Of a DNA stretch of 64,000 nucleotides, positions 37,050-50,780 are shown one piece after another. The DNA is from Squalus acanthias. Its lineage: Eukaryota. Position 1 is the first letter of the stretch. Each line of letters begins with the position of its first letter. Both the position numbers and the translations under genes were made by a program. The notes below the pieces were generated by a model. That model made no database searches, was not told where the DNA came from, and saw nothing but the letters and a program-made list of their open reading frames with translations. The stretch covers positions 139,502,001-139,566,000 of the forward strand of contig CM059432.1 of assembly GCA_030390025.1 (NCBI GenBank). The letters are read 5' to 3'.

Positions 37050-40000
37050 TAAAAAGACTGGTAGGTTACGTCATTGGTAGCTGCTTTCCTGAAGTTTCTC
37101 ACCCAGATATCTTTAATTCTTTCCTCCCTTCGTATCTGTACCGAGTGACTTCTCAACCGTGGTGATTTCAAACTCCATCTCAATTCAACTTACTCTTGCT
37201 CTTCTGGGTTCACTGCCCTCCTCCTCCTTCACTGCCGCCCCCCCACCCCCACCCCCCCCACCATATAAACTCTCCTACCCATATTCATGGTCACCCCCTC
37301 AACTTGCTATCTCACGTGGCCTCTATATTCCCATTGTCTCAATCACAGACAAGGCCATCTCTCCGCTCACTTTACCCTTCCAACCCTACTTCCTTCTGTG
37401 TTTGCCCCTGGAATAAACTCCCTCGCAACTTACAGCGGCACTTTCAAACTCCCAACTGTTTAGCCTTTGACCCTCCATTTGCCACAATACTTCTGCAGCT
37501 ATTGATCTGCTCAGTCACACCCTCACCTCCTCCTTTGATGCCCTTGTCCCCAACAAAACCCTTCCTCCCTCCCTGGTACAACTCCTATTTTTGCTCCATT
37601 AAGTCAGAGGGGTGCAGACTTGAATGTATATGGCACACAACTGGTTTAGCCATTCATAGCTGGATCTAGCTGAACCACATCAAGCATTATCGGGGCCTGC
37701 TCTCCTCTGGCAAAGCTGTTCACACTGCAAGATCATCCTGGAATGTAAAGATAACCCATGGCTTCCGTTCTCCATTACCAACTGTCTCTTTAATCCCCTC
37801 TCCACTATCCCTTCCATCCTCGCCTCCAACAAGTGTGAGGAGCTAATGGACTTTTTTGTACTAAGACAAACCATACATTCAGCTGCCTCTGCCACATCCC
37901 TCCCTTCTCCTAGCCCACCAAACCAAGGCTCCCTCCTGCCCTAGCCCTGAACGTGCATCTTTCTCCAGTTTCTCTCCGATCTCCCCTCATGCCCTCTCTG
38001 AGCTCAACTTGTCCATGAGACCCACCTCTTGCTCTCTTGACCCTATTCCCACTAAACTGCTAACCACCCAACTTCCCTTCCTGACTCCCATGCTGGCTAA
38101 TATTGTAAATAGTTCCTCTCCTCGGGTGCTGTCCCCCTCCTTTTCAAATCTTCCATCATCGCCCCTTTCAACAAAAAAAACCCTACCCTTGATGGGGCTT
38201 TAAACTAAATAGTGGGGGGGAGGGGAATACACTGAGCGGAAATTAAAAAAGTCAAAGAAAAATGAGAAGGCAAAAGTGCAGGGTAGCGATAGGGGTAATG
38301 ATAACCAGAGTGTGACAGGAAGGGACAGATCGTTTACACACGAGTGCATCAGAAAGAGAGGTCAGAGTAGGGAAAAATGGTAAAAAGACAACATTGAAAG
38401 CTCTACATCTGAACGCACGCAGCATTCGTAACAAGATAGATGAGTTGACAGCACAAATAGAAATAAATGGGTATGATCTGATAGCCATTACAGAGACGTG
38501 GTTGCAAGGTGACCAAGACTGGGAACTGAATATTCAGGGGTATTTGCCATTTTGTAAGGCTAGGCAGAAATGAAAAGGAGGTGGTGTAGCTCTGTTAATA
38601 AGGGATGAGATCAGTGCAGTAATGAGAAATGATATTGGCCTAGAAGATCAAGACATAGAATCAGTTTGGGTGGAGATAAGAAATAATAAAGGTAAGAAGT
38701 CACTGGTGGGAGTGGTCTACAGGCCCCCAAACAGTAGCCACACTGTAGGACAGAGTATAAATCAAGAAATAATAGAGGCTTGTAAGAAAGGTACGACTAT
38801 AATCATGGGAGATTTTAATCTTCATATTGATTGGACAAAGCAAATTGGCAAAGGTAGACGTGAGGAAGAGTTCTTAGAGTGTATACGGGATGGTTTCTTG
38901 GAACAATGTGTTGTGGAACCAACCCGGGAGAAGACTGTTTTAGATCTGGTAATGTGTAATGAGGCTGGATTAATTAATGATCTCAAAGTGAAGGATCCTC
39001 TTGGGAAGAGTGATCATAGCATGGTAGAATTTCAAATTCAGTTTGAGGGTGAGAAAGCTAGGTCTCAAACTAGTGTCCTGAACTTAAACAAAGGTAATTA
39101 CAAAGGTATGAAGGCAGACTTAAAGTGGACTAGGAAAATATATTACAGGGTAATACTAGAAAAGCAGTGGCAAACATTTAAGGAGATATTTCATAACTCT
39201 CAGCAAAGATATATTCCAGTGAGAACGAAAGACTCTGAGAAGGATGAACCATCCGTGGCTAACTAAGGAAGTAAAGGATGGTATCAAACTAAAAACAAAA
39301 GCATACAATGTTGCAAAGAATAGTGAAAGGCCAGAGGATTGGGAAATTTTTTTAAAAACCAGCAAAGGATGACTAAAAAAATGATAGAAGATAGCTTATG
39401 AGAGTAAGCTAGCAAGAAATATAAAAACAGACAGAGCTTCTACAGGTATACAAAAAGGAAGAGAGTAACTAAAGTAAACGTTGATCCCCTAGAGGATGAG
39501 TCTGGGAATTAATAATGGGAAACAGGGAAATGGCGGAGACTTTGAACAAATATATTGTATTGGTCTTCACGGTAGCAGACACTAAAAGCATCCCAATAAT
39601 GGATAATCAAGGGGCTATTGGGGTGGGGGGGGGGGGGAACTTAAAACAATCACTATCACTAGAGAGAAAGTACTAGGCAAACTAATGGGACTAAAGGTGG
39701 ACAAGTCCCCTGGACCCGATGGCCTGCATCCTAGAGTCTTAAAAGAGGTGGCTGCAGAGATAATGGATGCATTGTTTGTAATCTACCAAAGTTCCCTGGA
39801 TTCTGGAGAGGTCCCAGCGGACTGGAAAACCGCAAATGTAACACTCCTATTTAAGAAAGGAGGGAGACAGAAAACAGGCAACTATCGACCAGTTAGCCTA
39901 ACATCTGTCATTGGGAAAATGCTGGAGTCCATCATTAAGGAAGTGATAGCAGGACATTTAGAAAATTATAATATAGTCAAGCAGAGTCAGCATGGTTTTA

Positions 40001-41345
40001 TGAAAGGGAAATCATGTTTGACAAATTTGCTGGAATTCTTTGAGGATGTAACGAGCAGGGTGGATAAAGGGGAACCAGTAGATGTTGTGTATTTGGATTT
40101 CTAGAAGGCATTCGATAAGGTGCCATATAAAAGGTTACTACACAAGATAAGAGCTCACGGCGTTGGGGGTAATATATTAGCATGGATAGAGGATTGGCTA
40201 ACTGACAGAAAATAGAAAGTCGGGATAAATGGGTCATTTTCAGGTTGGCAAACTGTAACTAGTGGGGTGCCGCAGGGATCAGTGCGGGGGCCTCAACTAT
40301 TTACAATCTATATTAATGACTTGGGGACTGCATGTAATGTAGCCAAATTTGCTGATAATACAAAGATAGGTGGGAAAGCAAATTGTGTGGAGGACGCAAA
40401 GAATCTCCAAAGGGATATAGATAGGCTAAGTGAGTGGGCAAAAATCTGGCAGATGGAGTTTAATGTGGGAAAATGTGAGGTTATCCACTTCCGTAGGAAA
40501 AATAAAAAAGCAAATTATTATTTAAATGGGGAGAGATTACAAAATGCTGAGGTACAGAGGGATCTGGGGGTCCTTGTACATGAATCACAAAGTTAGCATG
40601 CAGGTACAGCAAGTAATTAGGAAGGCAAATGTAGTGTTGGCCTTTATTGCAAAGGGAATGGAGTATAAAAGTAGGGAAGTCCTGTTACAACTGTACAGGG
40701 CGTTGGTGAGACCACATGGCGTACTGCGTACAGTTTTGGTCTCCTTATTTAAGGAAGGATATACTTGCATTGGAGGCAGTTCAGAGAAGGTTCATGAGGT
40801 TGATTCCAGAGATGAAGGGGCTGTCTTATGAAGAAAGGTTGAGCAGGTTGGGCCTATACTCATTGGAGTTTAGAAGAATGAGAGGGGATCTTATTGAAAC
40901 ATATAGATTCTGAAGGGGTTTGACAGGGTAGATACAGAGAGGATGTTACCCCTCGTGGGGGAATCAAGAACTAGGGGGCATAATTTCAGAATAAGGGGGC
41001 ACCCTTTTTAAATTGGAAATGAGGAATTTCTTCTTGGAGGGTCGTGAATCTTTGGAATTCTCTTCCCCAGAGAGCTGTGGAGGCTGGGTCATTGAATATA
41101 TTTAAGGTGGAGATAGACAGATTTTTGAAAGGTAAGGGATTCAAGGGTTATGGGGAGCGGGCAGGGAAGTGGAGTTGAGGCCAAGATCAGATCAGCCATG
41201 ATCTTATTGAATGGCAGAGCAGGCTCGAGGGGCCAAATTACCTACTCCTGCTCCGACGTCTTATGTTCTCTATCCTTGCAAACTACTGCCCCATCTCCAA
41301 CCTCCCTTTCCTCTTCAAAGTCCTTGAACATGGTTTCGCCTCCCA
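37050..41345 (+). mobile_element. Old L2 LINE (ORF2 interior) split by a CR1 insertion
   Basis: PTSCSLDPIPTKLL..MLANIVNSS..KK.TLD before 38192 and ILANY(C)PISNLPFL.KVLE after ~41270. Confidence 0.85.
38193..41269 (+). mobile_element. CR1 LINE spanning ORF2 (EN + RT), inactivated
   Basis: ORFs 38622-39266 (YRPP, MGDFN, SDH), 39685-40104 (KSPGPDG, NYRPVSLTS), 40267-40596 (PQGS, FADN); CR1 tail. Confidence 0.95.
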
Positions 41346-41551
41346 AATCTAAATGTTAGATGGGAATTTTACTTGAACGTAATGGTCTTAATCTTTTTCT
41401 TCGAAATTGTGTCCAGCTTATTTGACACTTTAAGGTTGAAAATTGAAAGCAGCAAGTTTGCAATGTGAAGCATTATTTCGAAATGCTTCACAGTTGCTGT
41501 ATTGTTCTCTAGCTACTATGTGAATATTAAGTAAGTTTAAAATCACTCTAG

Positions 41552-41748
41552 TCCTTCAGGCTTTGGAGGTCCTTCCAGTAGCACCACCACCAGAACCACG
41601 ACGTCTCTCCGAGGAGGAGGTAAAGCAGCTGGAAGAGGAGGAGGAAGGCACTTTACGGGAGCTGAGGCTTTTCCTCCGGGATGTGACTCACAGGCTGGCA
41701 AATGACAAACGCTTCAGAGCATTCACCAAGCCTGTCGATATAGAGGAG
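41552..41748 (+). CDS. ATAD2: ATAD2 exon 21 (bromodomain start)
   Basis: actctag| VLQALEVLPVAPPPEPRRL...LRELRLFLRDVTHRLANDKRFRAFTKPVDIEE |gtataa. Confidence 0.96.
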
Positions 41749-42699
41749 GTATAAATTGCTGAACTTTAATGGCGCACGTTGTCCCATGAGAGATTGGTCA
41801 GATATTAATTGCATGACCTTTTTGTAGTCGAGAAAATACCCGTCTGTCTCCTGTGGCATTGCACATGGGATTCAAGACGAGGTGAAGTATTTAGGTTTAA
41901 AAATAAAAAGAACTTGCATTCATGTAGCGCTTTTCATGTCTTCGGGACATCTCAAGATTGTGTGACGTTAGAGAGAAAGTGGCATAATTGGACCAGGGGC
42001 AAGGTCAATTTCAATGCTGGAGACCAGAAAGGGGAAGTTAGAAAATCGTGAGATTTGGGGGGTGAACGGGGAAGGTAGAGCAGGCTTGGAGATTTGGCAG
42101 GGGGAGAAGGTACAGTGGGGATTAAAGGCTTTGTGGGTGTGGGGGGGGGGGGGGTTCAGTGAGCTAGTCAACAAGGAGTCAGTGGAAGTATTGGAGGAGG
42201 CTTCTTTAGCTCAGCCCCTTCTCTCTCAAATATTTAACATGGAAGGCCATTAGTACAAAAAATATTTTAAACAGCAACACATGACGCCTCAACATCCAAG
42301 TGTAAAATAACTTGGGGAAATTCCTGTAACAGTGCTACCTAGAGGCACAACAGGCAAACTTGTTAGCATTTAAAAATATATACATTATGTAAAATGGCCA
42401 ATTTTTTGTTATAAATTTGTCATTGTAGTAACAGAATTGTTAATGGTGCAATTTTACCACCAACAACCTGAAAACAGGAAAGTACAGTAAGACATCTTCA
42501 CGGTCTACTGCAAGTGGCTGCCATTTTGAATGCAACGAGCTGAGAAGTCTGCAGCTGTGTATTCCTGCCAACCTCCATCTTGCCTTAATTTTCCTGATAG
42601 CACAATGAACTATTGCGTTGGTCATTTTGTTTCCTCTGGTGGTGGGGGTTCATACTTGCCAGTTTGAAAAATTAACTCTAGTTATTAAAATGTTAAATA

Positions 42700-45600
42700 A
42701 CTCAGATGAATGAGTCATAACGGCACAGATGGAGGCCATTCGGCCCATCGAGTCCGTGCCAGCTCTCTGTAGAGCAATCCAGTCTGTCCCATTCCCCCGC
42801 TCTATCCCCGTAGCCCTGCAAGTTTATTCCCCTCAAGTGCCTATCCAGTCTCCCCTTGAAAACATTGAGTGTCTCCGCTTCCACCACTTCCGTCAGCAGC
42901 GAGTTCCAGGTCTTCGCCACTCGCTGCGTAAAAAAGTTTTTCCTCGCATCCCCCCTGTATCTCTTGCCCAAAACCTTAAATCTGTGTCCTAGTCCTTGTA
43001 CCATCAACTAGTGGGAGCAGCCTTTCCCTGTCTAGCCTAAGCCTATCTAAACCTGTCATAATCTTGTACACCTCTATCAAATCACCCCTCCACCTCCTTT
43101 GCTCTAATGAAAACAAATCCAGCTTCTCCAACCTGTCCTTGTAGCTAAGATCCCCCATCCCCGGAACCATTCTGGTAAATCTCCTCTGCACCCTCTCAAG
43201 CCTTCACATCCTTCCTAAAGTGTGGTGACCAGAAATCGACACAATACTCCAGGTGTGGCCTAACCAGCGCTTTATAAAGGTTCAGCATAACTTCTCTACT
43301 TTTGTACTCAATACCTCTATTTATGAAGCCCAAGATCCCATATGGTTTGCTAACCACTCTCTCAATATGTCCCGCCACCTTCAGGGACCTATGCACATTA
43401 ACTCCCAGGTCCCTCTGTCCCTGCACACTCTTTAAAACTGTGCCATTAAGTGTATATTGCCTCTCCCTGTTCCTTCTGCCAAAATGCATCACCTCACACT
43501 TCTCTATTAAATTCCATCTGCCACTTGTCTGCCCATTCTGCTAGCCTTTCTATGTCCTGTTGCAGTCGATTGGTATCATCCTCACTGTTTGCCACACCCC
43601 CAAGTTTGGTGTTATCAGCAAATTTAGAAATTCATAGAGGGATAGAGATATCGCAAGCAGTGGTCCCAGCACTGACTCTTCAGGAACACAACTGTCTACC
43701 ATCCTCCAGTCTGAAAAACAGCCATTTACCACAACTCGCTGTTTTCTATCCTTAAGCCAATTCCTTATCCAAGCTGCCACTGACCCACCTATTCCATGAG
43801 CCACAATTTTGTTAACCAGCCTTCTATGTGGTACTTTGTCAAACGCCTTCCGAAAATCCATGTAGACAACATCCATTGCATTCCCTTCATCAATCCTCCC
43901 TATTCATCAAAAAATTCAATTAGATTAGTCAAACACGATCTGCCTTTTACAAATCCGTGTTGGCTCTTCTTAATGAGCTTAAACCTCTCCAAGTGCCTGT
44001 TAATTTTTTCCTTCATTATTGTTTCTAAAACTTTATCCACCACTGATGTTCAACATGACCGACCTGTAGTTACTAGGATTGTCCTTGCACTCTTTCTTGA
44101 ACAATGGTGTCACATTTGCCACGTTCCAATCCTCAGGCACCTCCCGCGCATCTAGGGAAGATTGGAAAATGATGGCAAGCCCTTTCGCTATCTCCTCCCA
44201 GAATTCCCTTAGCAACCTGGGATGCAAGCCATCTGGACCAGGCGACTTATCCACTCTAAGCATACCCAGCCTTTCTAGTACATCCTGTCTCTCAATTTTC
44301 ACCCCTTCCATTGCTTCTACCCTTTATACTTCTACTGATATTTTGTCAGCATCCACCTCTTTAGCAAACACCAGAACAAAGTACTCATTGAGTATTCTAG
44401 CCTTGCCCTGCGCCTCTAAGCAGGTGTTCTTTGTCCCTAATAGGCCCCACCCCGCCTCTTACTACCCGCTTACTGTTTACATGCCGGTAGAAGATTTTTG
44501 GGTTTCCATTTATGTTAACCGCCATTCTACTCTCATATTCTCTCTTTGCCAATCTTATTTTCATCTTCACATCCCCTCTCAACTTATTGTATTTGGTCTG
44601 GTTCTCCCTTGAAGAATTCACCTGACATGCATCATACACCCTCTTTTATTGTTTCATCATCTTCTCTATCTCCCTCGTCATCCAAGGAGCCCTTGCTTTG
44701 GTTCCCTTATCCTTCCCTCTTGTTGGAATGTACCTAGCCTGTACTTGGAACATCTTCTTAAAGATCACCCATTGTTCTGTTACAGTTTTTCAAGGTTCCA
44801 TCTTACCCTGGTTAGATCCTTTTGCATCCCATTGAAGTTAGCTCTATTCTAGTTTAGAAGTTCCACTCTAGATTGTTCCTTGCTCCTCTCCATTGCTAAT
44901 CTAAATCTTATGATACGATGATCACTCATACCCAAGTGTTCTCCCACAGACACTTGGTCGACCTAGCCCACCTCATTCCCCAGCACCAGATCCAGCATTG
45001 CCTCCTTCCTAGTTGGGCCAAGAACATACTGGTGAAGGAAATTCTCCTGAACACATTTCAGAAATTCCTCCCCCTCCTTTCCCTTTACTCTAGCATTATC
45101 CCAATCTATATTTGGGTAATTAAAGTCCCCCAATATCACCACTCTCTAGCTCTTGCATATCTCTGCAATTTCCCTGCAGATTTGCTCCTCTACCTCCCTC
45201 ACTATTTGGAGGCCTGTAAAATACCCCCAATAGCATGATCATATCCTTTTAGCTCCTGAACTCTAACCAAATGGATTCTATCCTTGTCCCCTCAAGAACA
45301 TCCTCCCTTTCCAACACTACAATGTCTTCCTTAATCTGCACTGCCACCCCACCTCCCTTTTTTCCTTCCCTATCTTTTCTGAACACCTTGTACCCTTGAA
45401 TATTAAGTGCCCAGTCCTCACCGTTTTTAAGCCACGTTTCCGTTATTGCCACAACATCATATTGCCATATGGCTAATTGTGCTTGTAGCTCACCAACCTT
45501 ATTCACCACACTTTGTGCGTTTGCGTACATGCATTCTAAACCCATTTTGAATTTTTCTTAGTCTGCTCCTATCTGATATGGTACTACTTCTGCCTCTAGT

Positions 45601-46260
45601 ACTACTTTCTTCTCTAGTACTATCCAACACACTCACTCTTTTATGCACCTTATTCCTCTTTTCTACTCCTATATGCTGGTGCCCATCCCCGTCAAGCTAG
45701 TTTAAACCCTCCCCAACAGCACTAGCAAATCTCCCCGTGAGAATATTGGTCCCGGCTCTGTTGAGGTGTAACCCGTCCGGCTTGTACAGGTCCTACCTTC
45801 CCCAGAAACTGTCCCAATGCCTCAGGAATCTAAAGCCCTCCCTCCTGCACCATCTCTCCAGCCACACATTCATCTGTTCTATCCTCCTATTCCTGTACTC
45901 ACTAGCACGTGGCACCGGGAATAATCCGGAGATACTACCTTTTGAGGTCCTGCTTTTTAATCTCTTTCCTAGCTCCCTAAAGTCTGCCTGCAGGACCTCA
46001 TCCCTCTTTCTGCCTATGTCGTTGGTACCGTTATGGACAACGACCTCTGGCTGTTCACCCTTCCCCCTCAGAGTTTTCCTGCAGCCGCTCAGTGACATCC
46101 TTGACCTGGCACCAGGGAGGCAACATACCATCCTGGAGTCACGCCTGCGTCCACAGAAATGCCTATCTTTTCCCCTAACTAATGAATCCCCTAGCACTAT
46201 TGCTCTTCCACTCTTCTTCTGCCCCCCCCCCAATGCAGCTGAGCCACCCGTGGTGCCGTG
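42700..46260 (-). mobile_element. CR1 LINE with ORF1 esterase and ORF2, inactivated
   Basis: ORF 45793-46278 GDSLVRG..HNGTNDIG (SGNH-like); 45249-45545 AITETWL; 43550-43876 YMDFRKAFDKVPH; 43196-43492 LVRPHLEYC. Confidence 0.95.
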
Positions 46261-46504
46261 AAGGTACCTAAAGATCATATTTCAAATAAGGCATGCAACC
46301 CTAGTGCACCATAAAGGAGGTGAGAATACATTATAATGATGATGAATCTGATGGTGTATTGGGAGTGGGTACTGTTCTGTTCACTTGGTCATTTAGCACT
46401 TTGATGTATTCAGCTGCATCTAGAATAAATTTTAAGTATTTTGCTTGCCAATATGCCATTACTACTTTAAATGTAGGACTTGCAACTGTTTTTTTTTCTG
46501 TTAG

Positions 46505-46664
46505 GTTCCAGATTACTGCGTTGTCATCAAACAACCAATGGATCTTTCCACTGTGATGTCAAACATTGACCAGCACAAATACATGACTGTAAAGGAGTAT
46601 CTTCAAGACATAGAATTAATCTGCAATAATGCACTGGAGTACAATCCTGATAGAGATCCTGCAG
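46505..46664 (+). CDS. ATAD2: ATAD2 exon 22 (bromodomain core)
   Basis: ctgttag| VPDYCVVIKQPMDLSTVMSNIDQHKYMTVKEYLQDIELICNNALEYNPDRDPA G|gtgagg; retains the acetyl-lysine-binding Asn in NALEYN. Confidence 0.97.
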
Positions 46665-47034
46665 GTGAGGAACAAATGAGTGAATCTATTCTATTGAACA
46701 ACAAATACTGCAGAAGAAGTTCCAAAGTTGTAATCCAATTTAGTGGGTGCAGTTCCTGTATCAGACAAGTGTGGAACTGGATGTTGGCAAGATCCTAAGT
46801 ATGAATTATAGCCTCCAATTATACAGAAGTTATTTCTATAATGTGTACAGTACAGTTCCAAACAGTACTAGTAGCGAGTAGACCAATTGCATTAGAAGAA
46901 AGTTATCTTTTGCCAGAGTATTTTTGCACTTGATTTCATTGAATTCTGATGAATATTAGTGAATTTGCTGGTCTTCCTGGGCATCTGAAGCAAACAAAAG
47001 TAGGTATTTGCCAGTCATGATTACAAGTTGAATC

Positions 47035-47400
47035 CATGTATAAAATTCTTAAGGAGCTTGACAGGGTAGATGCTGGGAGGATGTTTCCCCTGGCTGGAGA
47101 GTCTAGAACTAGGGGTCACAGTCTCAGGATAAGGGGGTGGGCATTTAGGATTGAGATGAGAAATTTCTTCACTCAGGAGGTTGTGAATTTTTGGAATTCT
47201 CTACCCCAGAGGGCTGTGGATGTTCAATCGTTGAGTATATCCAAGACAGAGAGCGATAGATTTTTGGATACTGAGGGAATCAAGGGTTATGGGGATAGTG
47301 TGGGAAAGTGGAGTTGAGGTAGATCATCAGCCATGATATTGAATGGCGGAGCAGGCTCGAGGGACTGAATGGCCTACTCCTGCTCCTAATTCTTATGTTC
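47035..47400 (+). mobile_element. CR1 3'-end fragment
   Basis: ORF 47036-47317 TRGHSLRIRG..FFTQEVVNFWNSLP. Confidence 0.9.
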
Positions 47401-48444
47401 TTTTCCCCCTCCCTTGTTTACGATTCATGGTTTTGTTCTAATCCAAGAGCAGAACAACATTTTTTTGACGTGAAAAGGAGCGAAAAAGCCTCAAAACTCA
47501 AGATCCTAATGGTCAATAGAAGGGCGAAACATTTCTTAAAACTCATAGTTATCATCTTCAATCTTAAATTAATATGGCAACGGTGAATGATATGGCAGAT
47601 GTTTGCTGTATTAGAGAATCTTGAGTTAATGAAAACAATTCACTCCCACTTTGTACTTTTGCTCTGCCTTTCTCTACACTCGAGGCTGATGATCCATGTT
47701 GGAATACAGTGTCACGGTCCCTAGTACTTTACACATAGTAATTATCCAGGCTTGTGCGAGAATGGCCATCACTCTATTCAATCTTGCTTGGGTGGGATGT
47801 GTTAGATGAGCCTGATCCTACCTCGTTTGACATATACACACACCTACTTTCAAGCAAAGGTCCTGGATAGTGACCAGGTACAGGAGCACTGGCTGCTGCT
47901 TTAATGGCCCCAGGGCACTGTGGCTAGTTATAACACACCACCCCTGACCTCAGCTGAGCGAAGATTTTAGCACAGACTAAGGACTGAACATGGAAACTTG
48001 CTGGTCTGTAGAGTTCAATTCCACAGTGGTCTGTTTATTGAGCTATTGGAGAGCATCAATGCTTCAATTCACTCTCTACACTGTCACATAAGTCCACCTT
48101 GAAGGTGATTTTAAACTATTCTATCCAGGATAGTGGAATGCAATCCACCACAAAAGTGGCTAAAAGTTTTGGAATACCATATAATAAAAAAACGGAATTT
48201 GACTTGCTCAGTTCCTGCAACCCAGTGGCCCTGATTATAGGAAATGGCAGCCCCTTCGTATATTGCAGGCAAGGTCACTGGTGTTCCATTATCATAGGGA
48301 AAACTGGCAGAACTCTTGAATGCAATCCCTGAACACCAGTGAAAATTCCAGAATTTGACATTCACATACTCTGAACCAGTGACTGATATATTAACTGAAC
48401 AGATCTGGCTGCATATTTCTAGTTTAAAAGAGATTGGCATCTTA

Positions 48445-49000
48445 ATAACAACAAACTACATTTATATAGTGCCTTTAGTGTAGAGAAAGCTCCAAAATGC
48501 TTCAGAGGTGTAGTCAAAAATGAACATGGAGCCAAAGAAGTAAGATATTTGAAGGAATGACCAAAAGTTTGGTCAAAGAGGTGGGTTTTAAGGAGGCTCT
48601 TGAGAAGGAAGTGGGTAGGCAGGGTGGGGGGTTTAGGGAGGAAATTCCAGAGGACAGGACCTAGGCTGCTGAAGGCACGGGCGCCAGTGGGGGTGGGGGG
48701 TTGGGTACAAGAGGCGAGAGTCAGAGAGATGTAGCGTTCCGAGAGGTTCTCGGGCTGAAGGATGTTAGACAGGGAAGGGCAAGGCCTTGAAGGGATTTAA
48801 ACGCAAGAATGAGAACAGTAAAAGGAACTGGGAAGTAATGTAGGTGAGTGAGGACAGGGATGATGGGTGAGTGGGATTTGGTGCAGAATAGGAACAAGCG
48901 GCAGAGTTTTGGAGACCTGAAGTTTATGGAGGGTGGACTGTTGGCTCAGACAGTGTGACCAAGGCATGGATGAGGGCTTCAGCAACAGATAGGTTGAGGT
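48445..49000 (-). mobile_element. L2 LINE 3' fragment, diverged
   Basis: Colinear with the other L2 3' copies. Confidence 0.8.
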
Positions 49001-49181
49001 ATGGGTTGCTAGCAATGCCTACATCTCGAGAAGGAATTTTTAAAAAGATGGAAGTTGAGAGGGGATTTTAGAGGCACTGAGTGGGATATTCCATTCAGTC
49101 CACATCATATATTTCAATTTGTGGGGATAAAACCCTAAGTAATTGTTTAACATGATGCGATTCCAAAATACAAAGAATAAT

Positions 49182-49778
49182 GGGCTACAAATTTGGTGCA
49201 TTTGCACCTCCAGTTAGTGCCTCTGAGGTGCGCTAACGGGGCGCAAACGACTTTTCGGCCGGGCACGCACCGCTAACAACTCCCCGCTAAATTCAGTGCG
49301 CAGCGCTCCGTTTTTGCCCCGCCAGCAAAATTGGCCCACGCCCCCTGAATCTGCGCCGGGCGATGACGGCGACCGATTCAGGGGGCTGGAACGGAGCGGC
49401 AGGAGGTTCGCGGGGCAGTAAGTAAAGGGGAGGTGGGGGGATCGGCCAACTTACTTGCCGCGGCCCGTTGCATCTCTCAGCGCGTGGTCCGCGCCGTGAT
49501 CTGGCAGCCCGCTTCCTGGTAGTCCAGGTAGGGCCCTGCAGAGTTGTGGGCTTGGGCCCTCCCCTTTAAAGAGGGGAGGAACCCTTCCATGCGGCAGCAC
49601 TACATGGCCCAGTGCGTAGCACTGCAGAACGCACTGCCCCGATATTCGGGGTTAGTGCTCTAAGAAGGAAGTGGAGAACTTGAATTCGTGCTCTACCTGC
49701 CTCTTGGGGCGCTAAAACTGAATTTAGTGCCCAGGTGATGTTAGCGACCCAAGGTGGTCTCTAACGAATTTTTCACCT
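49182..49778. mobile_element. Harbinger-like MITE related to family A
   Basis: Its left end matches the reverse complement of the right end of 10346-11227; degenerate TIRs; flanking AAT repeat; CpG-rich. Confidence 0.6.
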
Positions 49779-50166
49779 AATGTGCCTTGACTTGATCTTT
49801 ATTTCTACTGCTCTGCATCTGTTCTGTGGGAGATGAAGAGGGCCATTTAGGCATGAGGGGTGGGGGTGTGGTAAATGCAGAGGATGATACTGGAGTGTGA
49901 GCTGTGTTGGTTACGTTCAAGTAGCAATGCAGTTTCTGTGGTGTGGCTAGACTGGAGCTCTTAAACAGTGCACTGTTGCTTTGCAGATAAATTTCTTTCT
50001 AAATTGGTAGGCTGCAGTCCATCTTAAAAATGGGACCTTTATTAGACTCGGTTGATTATAATCTTTTATTTGAAGAGTTGCCCTGCTCCCCTTCAAACAA
50101 AAATGGTAATAAAAGCTGGCTTGTTTTTGCTTCTATAGAATGACTAATATAATATTGCTCTCTTAG

Positions 50167-50289
50167 ATCGTCTGATCAGACACCGAGCCTGTGCTTTGAA
50201 AGACACTGCCAATGCCATTATGAAATCAGAACTTGATGAAGAATTTGAAAAACTCTGTGAAGAAACTCAAGAATCTCGAAAGAACAGAG
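50167..50289 (+). CDS. ATAD2: ATAD2 exon 23
   Basis: ctcttag| DRLIRHRACALKDTANAIMKSELDEEFEKLCEETQESRKNR G|gtacag. Confidence 0.97.
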
Positions 50290-50379
50290 GTACAGTCATT
50301 TTCTTTAGCGTATAAAAGTGGATGGCTGACATGGTCTGCCCCGCAGTAATGTTCCTTCAATTGCTTGTAGCAGTAGCAG

Positions 50380-50780
50380 TCACTTTCGATTTTAAAATTC
50401 TCATCCTTGTTTTCAAATCCCTCCATGGCCTCACCCCCTCCCTATCTCTGTAATCTCCTCTAGCCCTACAACCCTCCGAGATATCTGCGCTCCTCTAATT
50501 CAGGCCTCTTGAGCATCCCCAATTTCAATCACCCCACCATTGGTGGCCGTGCCTTCAGCTGCCAAGGACCTAAGCTCTGGAATTCCCTCCCGAAACCTCT
50601 CCGCCTTTCCCCCCTCCTTTAAAACGCTCCTTAAAACCTACCTCTTTGAGCAAGCTTTTGGTCATCTGCCCTAAAATCTCCTTATGTGGCTCGATGTCAA
50701 ATTTTGTTTTATAACGCTCCTGTGAAGCGACTTGGGACGTTTTATAACGTTAACAGCGCTATATAAATGCAAGTTGTTAT
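50380..50780 (+). mobile_element. L2 LINE 3' fragment
   Basis: DFKILILVFKSLHGLTPPYLCNLL; tail GCGCTATATAAATGCAAGTTGTT. Confidence 0.9.

Noticed and set aside
37159..37669. Proline-rich ORFs (85 and 157 aa)
   Set aside because: Chance frames over a C-rich decayed L2 containing poly-C runs.
49182..49778. CpG-island promoter of an internal gene
   Set aside because: The CpG richness is confined to a MITE-like repeat that has relatives in the window; no associated exon.
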